From a virus, in the IMG/VR virus record IMGVR_UViG_3300035684_000001, positions 32,001 through 96,000 of that record: DNA of 64,000 nt; one strand, written 5' to 3'. Below the pieces are notes generated by a model, which worked only from the letters and a program-made list of their open reading frames with translations, was not told the DNA's origin and did no database searches. The translations under genes were made by a program, and so were the position numbers. Of the stretch, positions 33,601-44,900 are shown piece after piece. Within the stretch, counting starts at the first letter, position 1; each line of letters begins with the position of its first letter.

Positions 33601-35790
33601 TTGTACGTTGACAACTGCTTTTTTGTCAACTATGTCTTTGATAACGGGGTCTTTTTGACTTAATCCCATTTCCAACAACGTTAAGAAATCAGCTTTTGGA
33701 GTACCCCATTGCTGCTTGTTTGCAGCGCTTCGGTCGATTGAGTAATAGGGTGTGATTCTATAGTAGTCGATCGGGTGCGGGATGTATGTGATTTCTACAG
33801 GTGCATCCATCAAATGAGATGCAAATTGCCCGTAGTAATGGGCTGGAACCCAAGTTGAGCCGAACAGAACTTGGTAATAGATCGAAATATCCGGTTCGCA
33901 CTTGGATGCTCCAATGCGGGTTGCAACTTCCGCTCTGGTTTCGGTACTGGCTTTTGGCAGAAAATATAGAGGTTGAATTAATTCCAGCGCTTCTATGTTT
34001 TTGAAATTGCCAGCCAACTGGGCGATCGCCAGTTTTTCTCGAACGTTGCCGCTGAGATACTCCTCAGCAGACACCCAGGTTGAGGTATTTGTGTCGAAGA
34101 AAGCTGACGAACTTTTTTCCAGTTCGTCGATTACCCCTTCGCCGCGCAGTTTGATTAGAAAATCGGTATCGATCGCCCCAAATTGATTTAGGGATAGAAT
34201 GATCGCGTCTTCGATTGAATCTGCGGACTCAGGAGTTATTTGCGGTGAAGCTGTACGCTTTGTGAATATGTCAGCTTTCGAGAAATGCTGTGTGCTTTTT
34301 AACAGATCTTTGAAGCTGTAGCCACACTGTTGTGTTGGAACCTCCAGCGCCATTAATAAATAGTATCGGGGGTCGCTACAGCAAATTTTGATGTTTGACG
34401 GGCTATTGAGATAGCCGTATTTTTTGATCCAGCGGTCGTAGGAATCGTTGAGATCCTTTCGACCTTCGATCAATCGATCTTTGTCTTGACCTTGTTGAGC
34501 CTTCAGAAGTTTTTCCAAATCTCCCCACAGCTTGAGCATGGAGTCAATTTTTTCAACTTCCTTGACTACTTCAAAGGCTTTAAATTCTCTTTTCTGCCAC
34601 AGTTTCTGGTTTTTCCAAAAAAAGTGATTGTGGGGGATGCAAGTGACCTCTGGGTCTGCCATTACAATTGTTTGAGTTTTTGCGGGTTCGTACTGCACGT
34701 CAAACTCTTTGAAGCAGCGGACTATTTCTTGCGACAAGTCGCGATCGTCACCTTTGAGGGCTATGCGTCCTCCGTATAATTCACACTCAGCAGATTCGCC
34801 GAGCATCATTGACGGATTGAACAAATAGTACCCGTTTAGAGGTAAATGCCTTACCTTTCCTAGGCTTTTTACATCACCTAGTTTGTCAAAAATTTCTTTA
34901 ATCCATTCGTTGTTTTTAGACTTGAGATGATCGGGCAGGAGGTGTGCAAATGTTTTTGCAAAAGGATCTCCCTTTACGATCGTCTGGATTACTGGTGATA
35001 CAGTCCAAACCTTATTTATACAAGGCTCTTTTTTGAACACCAAAATATCGGTTGTTATTTCCGTGTTCTCCTCCAGAAAAGTCGTATTTGGTAGGCGGAT
35101 TGCGCCTACTAATTCGACCGAATTACTGAGAAGTTCGCGGAAACCATTGCCACGGGCATCTAGAGTGCCTGACGTAGTTATCAGGACTATGAATCCGCCT
35201 GGGCGTACTAAATCCACTGACCTGTTAATAAAGTAGTTGTGGATATGTAAGTTCCCGATCTTGACATCTCCGAATGGGATGTTGCCGATCGCCAGATCGA
35301 ACAATCCCTCGCAATTAAAATCTTGAAATTTTTCGTTCACTATTTTTGCCTGCGGGTGAATCGCGTGGGCGATCGCTGCGGGAATGATATCCCGCTCTAT
35401 TCCAATCCAATCTATATCTAGATCGGGCGGAGCGCATTCAATAAACCGCCCAATACCGCACCCCGGCTCAAGGGCGTTAATTTTACCTCTCAAGCCGAGT
35501 GCGACTAATCCGTCCCACATGGCTTTTACCACGGGGAACGAAGTGTAATGGGCGTTAAACGTGGAAGCTTGCGCCTCTGCGTATTCTTTTTTTGTGAGCA
35601 ACGTTTGGAGTTCGTTGCGAATGTCTTGTCGCCATCCACATTTGGATGTATCAAAGACATCGGCGATCGCGCCCCAACCCGTAAATCTTGCAAGGATTGC
35701 TCTTTCTTCTTGCGAAGGGAGTTTTCCGCACAGAGATTTTAGGACTTGCACTGCTTTGAGGTTTGCACGTCCGATTGCTTCGTTATTCAT
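30514..35790 (-). CDS. DarB-like N6-adenine methylase / SNF2-type (SF2) helicase polyvalent protein
   Basis: FTGWG, ALEPGCGIGRF (motif I), IGNIPF (motif IV); helicase HSVGAGKT, IDEAH, FATGTP, GTGVNIQ, EQRSGRIVRQGN; acidic repeat tail. Confidence 0.9.
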   Translation of the reverse strand: MNNEAIGRANLKAVQVLKSLCGKLPSQEERAILARFTGWGAIADVFDTSKCGWRQDIRNELQTLLTKKEYAEAQASTFNAHYTSFPVVKAMWDGLVALGLRGKINALEPGCGIGRFIECAPPDLDIDWIGIERDIIPAAIAHAIHPQAKIVNEKFQDFNCEGLFDLAIGNIPFGDVKIGNLHIHNYFINRSVDLVRPGGFIVLITTSGTLDARGNGFRELLSNSVELVGAIRLPNTTFLEENTEITTDILVFKKEPCINKVWTVSPVIQTIVKGDPFAKTFAHLLPDHLKSKNNEWIKEIFDKLGDVKSLGKVRHLPLNGYYLFNPSMMLGESAECELYGGRIALKGDDRDLSQEIVRCFKEFDVQYEPAKTQTIVMADPEVTCIPHNHFFWKNQKLWQKREFKAFEVVKEVEKIDSMLKLWGDLEKLLKAQQGQDKDRLIEGRKDLNDSYDRWIKKYGYLNSPSNIKICCSDPRYYLLMALEVPTQQCGYSFKDLLKSTQHFSKADIFTKRTASPQITPESADSIEDAIILSLNQFGAIDTDFLIKLRGEGVIDELEKSSSAFFDTNTSTWVSAEEYLSGNVREKLAIAQLAGNFKNIEALELIQPLYFLPKASTETRAEVATRIGASKCEPDISIYYQVLFGSTWVPAHYYGQFASHLMDAPVEITYIPHPIDYYRITPYYSIDRSAANKQQWGTPKADFLTLLEMGLSQKDPVIKDIVDKKAVVNVQETENARAKMQEIKQKFAEWLYLDVDRAEHITRLYNEQFNCFVDRKYRGEVLTLADANPDFIWRSHQKNAIWRTLQEESVLYSHSVGAGKTAAMVASAMELRRLGLANKPMIVVLNSTISGIEAEFRRLYPFAKLKVSTQESLSPDNRKRFCTEIAMGDWDCVIITHTQFKTGISLSPESTLVFLERELEIANQFLLETIESGDKKSIKQVAKAKERIESKIAAAIEAANQNGDGVIYLEQTGIDALFIDEAHAFKNLPYHTRQTNVAGLPNTSFYSRKNGGTLTSRSFDCYMKVQWMLSTKKKVVFATGTPVSNTLVESWTMMRYLAPSMLKKAGIESFDSCLSTFFNLTTSAEQTPTGYKTRTRCSGIVNLQVFMSLWRSFVDVQSAKMLALPAPNHEIIPVECPASTEQAAYMNYLIERLHYIQKRLVTPDEDNALKVYTDARAAFGIDIRLRWKDGKDFIFNKINTCALNVYRIWKMGTAAKATQAIFCDFSTPKDGKIFEAYTSLRDILIALGIPAKEIAFIHDAKTDSARKKMMGKVNSGEIRVILGSTQKLGTGVNIQSRLLAVHDMDCPWRPSDIEQRSGRIVRQGNLFDNVFIFRYATQGVEGKPGFDSYIWGVILQKLESFQFLMSGEAPGNASDDIDPFVASAATMMAIASGDECIKRKIDVDRLVNSLLIQQRGYEQQRYQNTVALDRSVKRIDFLCDSIEKMQADLAQVKTAEPKLFLVGQEIDNNKKNAEEIGKIIAEKLNNLRNIKDNPAAVNKFNPVIGKFADYQLRAELSPRTLSINLILGGKGSYILPSSNRTKIVESLNIESICNVIQKEIDSSTEELRLARANYKSLGDALSTPFVGAEELKQLLDEQVELEEQLNPQEVPQEQDSPAESQKEPEPKESEPTETYEFWQTDSPCTYEGVDSDTIEELKLLLEQLPNWVDRVMSSCEAVLPKLASIDVEVFAGDREDTNDEINLCTFKDFDDDSDFFDDDDDEDFSNDFDDDSDFFDDDAEEPVSTSLNDFDDDSDFFGD

Positions 35791-35889
35791 TGTTTTTAAT
35801 TGTTTTGAATGCTTACCTCTTTATTATACTCTATTCAAATAATATATGATATAATACGAGAGTAAATACAAAAACAAAGGTATTTTATC

Positions 35890-37305
35890 ATGTCAATTAA
35901 AGAATTTTCCAATCTTCTTTCTGACTCTTCTACCGCCATTTGCGCGTACAACGGTTTTGGCAAACTCAAGATTTTTGCTGAAATTGGCGGCGTGACCCAG
36001 ATGATCAAAGTTTCAGTTGAAGGAGGAGAAATCCCTTGGACTGGAAAAGCAAGCAAAGAAATTCTTCAACATATTAACCAAACGATCGGTCAAGACAGTG
36101 GATTTATCTTCGATCCGGCTACAAAAATAGTAGCAACCGATCGCGAATTGTTCCACTCGTCAGACGAGTATGAAATTCCGAGTTTTAATCCAAGCGACAA
36201 TCAAATTGCAGAAATCGCTACTATTTCACTTATTACTAAAGAATGGAAAGCGATCAACAAGTTTGGCGCGATCGCCAAAGACAAGGTGTATATCCAGGTA
36301 ACTGGAAATATCTTATCTTTGTCGGCGATCGCGCCTGATGGATTGATTGTAACTAATACGGTCGTCCTAGAGCATCCGCTCCAGGACGAGCAATCGATAA
36401 ATTTCAGTATTCCCAAACAAGCGCTGTTCGAGGCAGAATCTGTTGCTATCGAAATAGGCTCAGAAAAGATACTGATCGAGTCGAGCGATCGCGCATCTAT
36501 ATGGACGATCAACATCGATGAGCCAGCCTTTTTTCCGGGGTTGATTCCAGAAGGCGCGATCGAAATAGGTATCGCCCGCAAAGACTTAAACCCCCTTCTC
36601 GAAAAAGGAGGCTCTGTAAAAATTAACATCAATAAAAACAAAGGTGTTCAATTAAAAAGTACCAATGGAAAGCAGATGTTAATTCAAATAGACATCTCTT
36701 GCGACGTACCCCCGCGCACGTCATTTCAAGTGATGGCGGAAGCCCTTGAATCAGCTATCAAGCTAATTGGGACGGCGAAGCTCATAACGCTAGCCCTCCC
36801 TGTAGGGCTGCAATATATAGCAGTTTCCGCTGCTGCCGTGCGATGTCTGTTGCCAACAGTCGTCGGTGCAGCTAAAGCGCTGACAGCAAAAGAAGTGATT
36901 TCCCCAGATCCAATAGTTTTGGAATCCGAGTCTACCACTGTCGAAGTGGACGGATCTGAAGTCACGATGACGGTTTCAACCGTCGAACAACTCGACATTT
37001 CGCAGTCTGTCGAACCGAATTCTCGACAGGAGGCGATCAACAAACTTGAAGAAGCAACCGAATCAGCTAAAGAAGCGATCGCTCGCATCCCTGTTGGTTC
37101 GGAACTAGAGGTCGCTAAACAGGCGATCAAGGAAACTCTCGTAGAGCAAGCACAAGCTGTGCTTGACGCAGAAAAGAAAGGATGTCCCTTCTCGAAAGAG
37201 GATGTCAAAAAAATAACAAATGCGATCGTTCGCGCGATCGCCCGGATTGAGTCAATACGCCTCAATATGCAAACCTGGGAACTCCAGGTAACGTTCCGAA
37301 GGTAA
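35890..37305 (+). CDS. Divergent DNA polymerase III beta-clamp-like protein with C-terminal helical extension
   Basis: IVATDRELF (cf. VATDGHRL); FSIPKQAL; F......L..AIK......TLA......V......LLP C-terminal pattern. Confidence 0.5.
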   Translation: MSIKEFSNLLSDSSTAICAYNGFGKLKIFAEIGGVTQMIKVSVEGGEIPWTGKASKEILQHINQTIGQDSGFIFDPATKIVATDRELFHSSDEYEIPSFNPSDNQIAEIATISLITKEWKAINKFGAIAKDKVYIQVTGNILSLSAIAPDGLIVTNTVVLEHPLQDEQSINFSIPKQALFEAESVAIEIGSEKILIESSDRASIWTINIDEPAFFPGLIPEGAIEIGIARKDLNPLLEKGGSVKININKNKGVQLKSTNGKQMLIQIDISCDVPPRTSFQVMAEALESAIKLIGTAKLITLALPVGLQYIAVSAAAVRCLLPTVVGAAKALTAKEVISPDPIVLESESTTVEVDGSEVTMTVSTVEQLDISQSVEPNSRQEAINKLEEATESAKEAIARIPVGSELEVAKQAIKETLVEQAQAVLDAEKKGCPFSKEDVKKITNAIVRAIARIESIRLNMQTWELQVTFRR

Positions 37306-37350
37306 CAAATAGGGGACGCATTCAAATACTGAATGCGTCCCCTATTTGTT
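37304..37350. terminator. Perfect 21-bp-stem bidirectional terminator
   Basis: AACAAATAGGGGACGCATTCA-aatac-TGAATGCGTCCCCTATTTGTT. Confidence 0.85.
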
Positions 37351-37354
37351 TGAT

Positions 37355-37543
37355 TTATTCTAAAATAGAATCGCTATTAAACATCCTCCCAAAAAGATCA
37401 AAGACAGCTTCTTTCGTGGTTGTTGAGTGTGTTTTTAGTAAGTCCTCACATAATAAATCAAATTCTGTCTCATCCTCAGTTTCTACAAAGATTTCACAAA
37501 TTTTCGTCAATAGATCGTCTATTATTTTACTATCGGCTATCAT
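37355..37543 (-). CDS. Small acidic hypothetical protein
   Basis: 62-aa ATG ORF ending at the terminator. Confidence 0.6.
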   Translation of the reverse strand: MIADSKIIDDLLTKICEIFVETEDETEFDLLCEDLLKTHSTTTKEAVFDLFGRMFNSDSILE

Positions 37544-37596
37544 GTTTTTGTTTTGGTAGATAGATTATTACAACTGTAACACAACCTACTGCTTGT

Positions 37597-38916
37597 TTAA
37601 GGATGTGGTACAAGCTTACCGTTTTTAACGATAGCTCGCATACTGTCATTTTCTGTTTCCGCAAATCCCATTAACTTATAGAAAGTAACTCGCTTTTCTT
37701 TATAACCATCTTCTGCGTGTGGATGACAATCGAAAATTGTTCCATCTGGCGATTTTTTGACATCTTCTTTAAGAAGCGCCCGCAATTTATACATAATAGC
37801 TTTACTCTCTTCAGGTTTCAATGGCTTTTTGTCAAATGAATCGTTAACTTTAAAATCAATAGTTTTCATTAAAAATTCAATACCTTCCTCGGCTTCTTCT
37901 GTACTTGAATTTACAGTAAACGCTACCTTATTTTTTCCAACCTTAAATGTAGATATTGTACTATTTATTTCAATGTCACCTAGTGCAGATTTTAAGATTT
38001 TTTTCTGTTTTACCTGCTTAAAATTTTCTACTAATGATTTTGTTAAAGTTTTTGCTTCTTTCTTTAACCCTTCAGCAACAATTTTTTTTGCTCCCAATTC
38101 TGCTATTTTTTTAGCTGCTAATCTAATAACTTGGTCAGATGCAATTCCTGCTACTAGCAGAACACCAACCTTGAGGACTGGATTGTCAACTTTGGCTTTG
38201 TCTAACCCTTTTTCTGCACCTTTATAAACTGCTTCTCCTAAAACAGCACTAGCAATTGCGTGGTTTAACGATTCTTTCAACAATAGTCCTATCGTAACAC
38301 CTATACCAACATTGATTGCTATGTTCGTAACGAGTGGAATAGATGCTCTAATAGACTTACCAACTAATTCCTGTTGCTGCGGTGGCGTGTATTTTTCGGG
38401 GTTTGCCAAAGCTTCTGTGTAGAGTTGATATTTGGCAACAGCAAATTCCATTTTTTCTGCAAACGAGCTATTTGCGAGTGGCTCAAGTCCATCAGATTTA
38501 CGAATAGCTTGGGCAAGCGGGTCTTTGTCTCCCCCATAATCTTTTGCCAATTTATCCGCAGATTGTTGAACAAAGCCATCTATTTTTTTCTCTAATTCCG
38601 GAGTTTTTTCTATAGCTTTTGATGTAGCCTTGATTATTTCAGCTATCCCCATTCCTGCAGAAAGTCCGACTCTTTCTCTGAATCCTGGGTCTGTAAGGGA
38701 TAGTTTAATCACATCTTTTGTGATGCCGACTGTTTTAACTGTGGAATCAATTACATCCTTTGCCTCTTTAGTTACTTTAACTGTACCACCACCAAATCTA
38801 CCATTTTCACCTCGGTTTACCCAGTCAGGGTCTTTGTCCCAACCTTCAGCTTTGATCGTCAATTGAATTCCGAGTAGCTGTAATTGGGCTTTTGCTACCG
38901 ATCCTCTTAAATCCAT
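37597..38916 (-). CDS. Putative virion-associated protein with an RGENGRF motif and a GNAT-like C-terminal domain
   Basis: WDKDPDWVNRGENGRFGGG near the N-terminus; hydrophobic central helices; KRVTFYKLMGF near the C-terminus. Confidence 0.6.
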   Translation of the reverse strand: MDLRGSVAKAQLQLLGIQLTIKAEGWDKDPDWVNRGENGRFGGGTVKVTKEAKDVIDSTVKTVGITKDVIKLSLTDPGFRERVGLSAGMGIAEIIKATSKAIEKTPELEKKIDGFVQQSADKLAKDYGGDKDPLAQAIRKSDGLEPLANSSFAEKMEFAVAKYQLYTEALANPEKYTPPQQQELVGKSIRASIPLVTNIAINVGIGVTIGLLLKESLNHAIASAVLGEAVYKGAEKGLDKAKVDNPVLKVGVLLVAGIASDQVIRLAAKKIAELGAKKIVAEGLKKEAKTLTKSLVENFKQVKQKKILKSALGDIEINSTISTFKVGKNKVAFTVNSSTEEAEEGIEFLMKTIDFKVNDSFDKKPLKPEESKAIMYKLRALLKEDVKKSPDGTIFDCHPHAEDGYKEKRVTFYKLMGFAETENDSMRAIVKNGKLVPHP

Positions 38917-38920
38917 ATTT

Positions 38921-41900
38921 TTGGTACAATTCAATGAAACTAATATATCACGCTACGCAGGCCACCCCACCCAATGGGGCGGCTTTTGTTGTTTGGGGGG
39001 AATTTTGGAAGAGAGTCTGGATCGGTACGGCTTAGTCGGTCAGTTTAATTTCTTAGTTGCAGACGGCAGTTTTTCTTCCATGAAATCTGTTGTCAAACAC
39101 CTGAGCAACATGGAGAAGGCTGTTGCAGACGCTTCCAAATCCGTAGACAGCAACGGGCTAGCAGGTCAATTTAAATCTGCAGCCCGATCGCTCGACACCT
39201 CCTCCGGCAACATGGCAAAGAGCTTGCAGCCTTTAAAAGCTGAGTTTAGGGTGTTAAAAGCTACTGCGGCAAATATTGATTTTGGAGATGTGCTGGACGA
39301 TCGCCAGTTCAAAAAAGCTACAACTGCTGTCAACACTTACGTTAAAAATCTCAAAGAATTAAGAAAGCAAGTTCAGGGCGAAACGGCAGCGGAGCGGGAG
39401 TTTACGGAAGTCCTCAAACGGCAGCAGCGCGTTATTAAGGACAAACTTGCTTTGCACGATGCTGAGCGCAAGGCTGCGTTTTTCTCTCAAAGAAAGGGTG
39501 AGTTTGGGGCGCTGCAACAAGTTGGGAATATAGCACTCAATCCGCTGAAGCAAGCCGGAAAAGAAGCCATTCAAGTTTTTGCTGGTTTTGACGACAAGAT
39601 GAGCGCGGTGGCAGCTATCTCGCGATCAACGGGCAAGGATTTAGATCGGTTGCGGGGTAAGGCTAAGTTATTGGGGGCGACGACTCGATTTACCGCAGGA
39701 GAGGCTGCGGATGCCGAAAAATACTTGGCGGCAGCGGGCTTTAACGCTCAACAGATTTTTGCAGGCGTTCCTGCAACTTTGGATTTAGCTTCGGCGGGAC
39801 AACTGGGATTGGCGGAATCGGCTGACATCGCTTCCAACGTGCTCAGCGGGATGCGGATGGGCGTTAGCGATTTAGGTCACATTACCGATGTTATGGCGTT
39901 GTCGGCTGCTAGCGCAAATACCAACATTCAGCAGTTGGGTGTAGCGATGAGCTACGCTGCTCCCAATGCTGCACTGTTTGGTGCGGGAATAGAAGAAACC
40001 TCTGCTTTAATTGGGGTGATGTCAAATGCGGGGATTCAGTCCGACAAGGCAGGAACGGCTGCAAGAGGAGCTTTTTTAAAGTTGGCCGCACCTACGGTCA
40101 GAGGTCGAATGGCTTTAATTCAATATGGAATTTCGCTGACCGACACCAGCGGTAAAATGCGGAATATCGTTGATGTGATGCAGGATATCGGTACAAACCT
40201 GCAATTAGATCCAGCTTCTTTAGACTCGATAATTCAAGCTGGCGATGACGTAGAAAAACTGGGACAACTTGCCCAGTCAAAGCAAATTTCTGCATTAAAA
40301 GATATTTTTGGCACAACTGGAATTTCGGGGGCATCGGCCGCAATCAGCCAAATGCAAGAATTTACTCGTCTGAGTTTGGCGGGTAGGGGCAGCTCTTTTG
40401 CTATTGAAGACTACGAAAAATTATTTAAATCTCAGGGTATTGATAAATTAGCCACAGATAAAGATGTTTTCGCTTCGCTGCTGCGAGAAGCGGGCAGCTA
40501 TCAAGATGCGCTACAAAAATTAGATGCTGCTACGATCGCCTTAGTTAAATCCAATGAATATTTAGGAAATCTTTCGAGCACCCAGCTAAGTCAATTGTCA
40601 GGATATTTCCAAATACCCGAAGGTGAGAATTTATTTGATGCGATTTTGGCGACTGCTCCCGACGCGAATGCGGCAGTCAGCAAGCTAACCTCAGCGATGG
40701 GCGAATTAGGGATTGAATTTAAGGGAAAATCCGGCGCAGCGAAAACGATGGCGCAGGTGATGGAAAACAACCTGGCCGGTTCTTTCCGATCGCTCGGTTC
40801 TGCGTTTGAAGCAGTTCAGGTCAATTTGATCGAACCGATCGCCCCAATCGTGCGGGCGATCTCCGACACATTAACTAAGTTGCTGCTGGCGATCGCCAAC
40901 CTTCCTTCCCCAATTCGAGGATTGATTGCCGGAGTTGGGGTGCTTACCGCAGGGTTTGCAGCGGTATCGGTTGCAGTCGGAACAGTTGGTGTAGTGCTGT
41001 TTGGATTTTCGCAAGCTGCGGCAACCGCGACTGCTGCGGGAATTGCACTGCAAGCTAGCGTGATTCCGCTGACCGGATTTTTCCCGGCGGCGATGGCGGC
41101 TTTTGAGGGTACGGCGTCCAACCCGTTCAAGACTGCCTCGTTTGCTGCGGAAGCTTTTTCGGACACGATCGCCTCTACGTCCAAAGATGTCAACTTGGGA
41201 TTGAACGGGATTGCTCGAAATATTGCGGTAGTTTCGAGGTCGCTGATTTCGATGTCGGTATCGTTTGCTCTGTCTCCAATGGGAATCGCGATTGCAAGCT
41301 TCCTTGCACTTAATGCTATTTTGCAACAAATTAACCCAGAAATTAATTTGCTGGGTACTATTTTCAGCGCCGTCAGTTCCATCGCTGGTTTTGCAGTTGG
41401 AATAATTCAAGGATTTGGCGAAGCGCTGCTCGCTGCACTAGATGTTCCAACATCTGTTGCAGGTTCGATGTTGACCGCTCCGTTTGCAGCAGTCAGCAGC
41501 GCTATAGAATATGCAACTGTGGCTTTTGAAACTTGGCGGAAATCCGGGCGGGCGATCGGGGTCGATATTTTTAAATTTGTAGCGCAGCCGTTTCAGCTTG
41601 CAGGCAGGGCGATCGAGACTTCATGGAACTTCACACTGAACTATATCAAGGGCTTGCTGACGCCTTTTGCTGGCTTCGTAGCTCGGATTGGCAAATTGCT
41701 GCAAGGGGGTCTAGCTGAGGCATCGCCGGGTCCGACCTACATGATTCGGGAAAAGTGGGATTACACGATCGCCTTTTTGGAAAAGCTGTTCACCAGAATT
41801 AGAAACGCTGCAGGTTTAGTTAATCGGGCTTTTTTAGGTATTGGAAGTGTAACAGAATCCTCGAAGATGGAAGCTCAGCAACAAATATTGCAAGGGGCGA

Positions 41901-44900
41901 TCAATTTAGTTACTAACTCTGTCAAGAAGCTTTCGGTTATTGGGGGAACTATTACTCAAATCCAGCAATTTGAGCGAAGTATTATTGATGGAGTTAGAGA
42001 AAACTTCGATTTTCTCAGCTTTACACTGCTAACCTTGTCGTCACTGCCTCTAACATTGCTAGCTCAATTAGAAGAAGGGGCAGCACTAATCGTTCCAGAG
42101 CTAGCGTTCATTATTGGAGAAGGAATCCCTAGGGCTTTTTTGTATGCAATGCCTGGGCTGGTCGCGATCGCCACTTCTACGGGATTAATTCAGGGAATTG
42201 AACGGGGATTCATGGGCGCAATCGATGCAATACCGGAATTTCTGGAAAGAATTTCCGACAAAATTTACAATTCCCTCTCTGTCGGGATGAAACAGAAGTT
42301 AAATCAAGGGTTGAGCGAAGGCTTGACATCTTTTGCGCGATCAATGCCTGCAATATTTCCAGGGGGGGTCGCGATCAATGTTGATATCGACAAAAGTTAC
42401 TTAGCAATTAAAGACTTTATTCGAGGTCCGCTAGTAGGACTGATTGCTTACCTCCACCGCGTCGGAGATTTGTCCAAGGAAATTGGTAAGGAAATTTACG
42501 CCGGAATCGAACCAATTTTAAGTTTCAATCCATTTACTTTTTTCCCGCTTTTTTCGGCACTGCCACCCCTGATACCGCTAGTGACTGCTATTTTGCCGAT
42601 GGAAAAGGCACTGGTGTCGCTAGCTAAGTCTCCTTCAGTTCAGGGGATTATGGGATTTTTAACTGGAACCGTTTTACCCGCTGCGCTCAGGACGATCGCG
42701 GCTATTTCTTCTCTAGTTATTTTTACTTTTAACGCGATCGTTACTTTGCCTGTATTGGCGGTATTGCAGGAAGTTATCAGCAGGCTGACTCCAATTACAG
42801 AGATCCTTCGGGCGATCGCGCTTAACGCTCAATCTGTCGCTGCTGCTGTTGGGAGGTCGCTGCTGCTGGCGGTGGATCGCGCAGTAATTGGTATTGCTGC
42901 GCTAATCCTCGAAATTCCCTATATCGGAAAACACTTGTCGGCTGCATTTTTGGTCGGAACCAAAGCCCTAGGCGGATTTTTTCAGTTAATTGCAGCATCT
43001 GCGCCTCGCTACTTAAACTTGCTGCTGAGGTTTTTTCCTACAAAACAATTAGTTGCTCTTTTCTCAAGCTACAGAAAGATTTTTACCGATTTAATGTCGG
43101 GAGTGGTTTACGCATTTAGAGAGGGGTTGAACCCAGTTTCTAATATCTTGATGAAAGCGCTCAATCCGGCAGCAGCTTTCAAGTTCTTGGCTTTTTACAT
43201 CCGAACCAAAGGATTAGCGGGAATTATTAAGAAGGGTGGTTTTGGAGGATTGTCCCAAATATTTAATCTTGCAAACTACATCAACCCTATCGATATTGCA
43301 CTGGGATTGAATAAAAGTTTGAACGAAGTTGCGAGGTTGGTATCGGGAAGTGCAGTTCCTCTGGACTTTATTTCCAGAAAACAAGCTGAAATATTCCAGG
43401 TTTTAGCTACTCCCGCAGCGAGGAGACTAGCTGAAAGAGAGAAGCGTTTGGTATCGCTAGTTGAAATTCTCGAAAGTGCATCGGGTCCGATGAAAGTATT
43501 TATCAAGCTCGTCCAGGGATTGATGATGGTTTCCCCGATCGTCCAGATTGTCAGTCGATTGGGTCTGACAATGCTGTTTTGGTACAACATCCTGAAACCA
43601 GTCAATAAAGAGATGTTGGACGCGATCGCCAATACCAGACTTTTGGGTGTCAGTTTGATGCCCGTCGCCAAGGTGTTGGAAGTCATGCGGTTTGTGGTAG
43701 TCGATCTCGGTGAAATCCTGTTCCGATTCTTAAAGGCGATACCGGGGATGGCTGCAACCGTTATGGATGTCTTTGACAAATTAGGGACAGGTATTGGGGT
43801 GACAATCCACGAAATTGTCGGAGTTTCGTCTATCCTTGCCAATGTTTTCAAATTCTCTGTCATAAACCCGCTAGCGGGCATACTCCTCGCGGTGATAGCG
43901 GTGGCAGACGGTACACTGATTGCAGTATTGGCAACATTTAAGCTGATTCGATTGAAAACTCAGCAGTACGGTGACGCGATCACGGCATTGTTGCGCGGTA
44001 ACTTTGTACCGCTAGTCAAGCAAATTTTTAGTGATTTGTTTGGAGTCATCAACTTCGGGTTTCAGCAGACAGCGATGCGGGCGGTAAGCGCGATCTCCTA
44101 TTTGGGTAAAACAGTAGGGACGATCGTCGGGGCAAGCGCCGCTGAAATTGTCAGGTTAATTCGAGATCCGATCGGTGAAATCACCAGATTAACGGAACTG
44201 TCTGTAAAAAGTTTGGCTGCTGCAACCGCCGGGGTGATGGTTTACGTCCGCCAGTTGCAACTCGATAAATTAATTCGATTTGCTGCGGATTTTTGGCCGG
44301 AAATTTTGGCAGTCGCCAGCGTGTTAGGTAGGATTTATGGTTTACTGAGTCCGATCCAGTTTGCGATCGTGGGACTGATCGAACTCGGCGGATTCTTGTC
44401 CTACGAGTACGCTACCGGATTTCAAAATTTAGATAAAATCATCACCGCTCTCCAGCACCCGATCGACGCATTGAATATGGCGATGCAGGGAATAGCTGGA
44501 TTCCTAGGGTTGTACATCTCACCGGATTTAACTGGGTTTATCGGCAACCTCGCAGAGCAATTTGTCAAATTCCTCCCGGTAATTGGGTCGGGAGTGTTTG
44601 CGATTGCGCTGTTGCTGACGCGGAATATCGGTGGTGCGTTTCAGATGATTTCTAACAACGTGCTCTTGTTTATCGGACGGATTTTGCAAGTTTCCGAGGC
44701 AATTGCAGGGGTGGGTGATCGGGTCAGACAAGTTGCTAGCAGTGCCAACATACAGGTTGGCTTGAGCGAAGTTGCAAATAAAGTGCGCCGCAGATCGACA
44801 GTTGCCGGAATTGCCAACCCGCTAGCTTATTCTCAAGATTTTCAAACCCAGCAGCAGGCAACGTTTCTCGGAGATCAAAGAGTTGCCAAATCTAAAGCAG

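Noticed and set aside
36201-37325. Long antisense ORFs (146 and 199 aa)
   Set aside because: Shadow frames opposite the clamp-like gene; Ser/Ala-rich composition typical of antisense translation.
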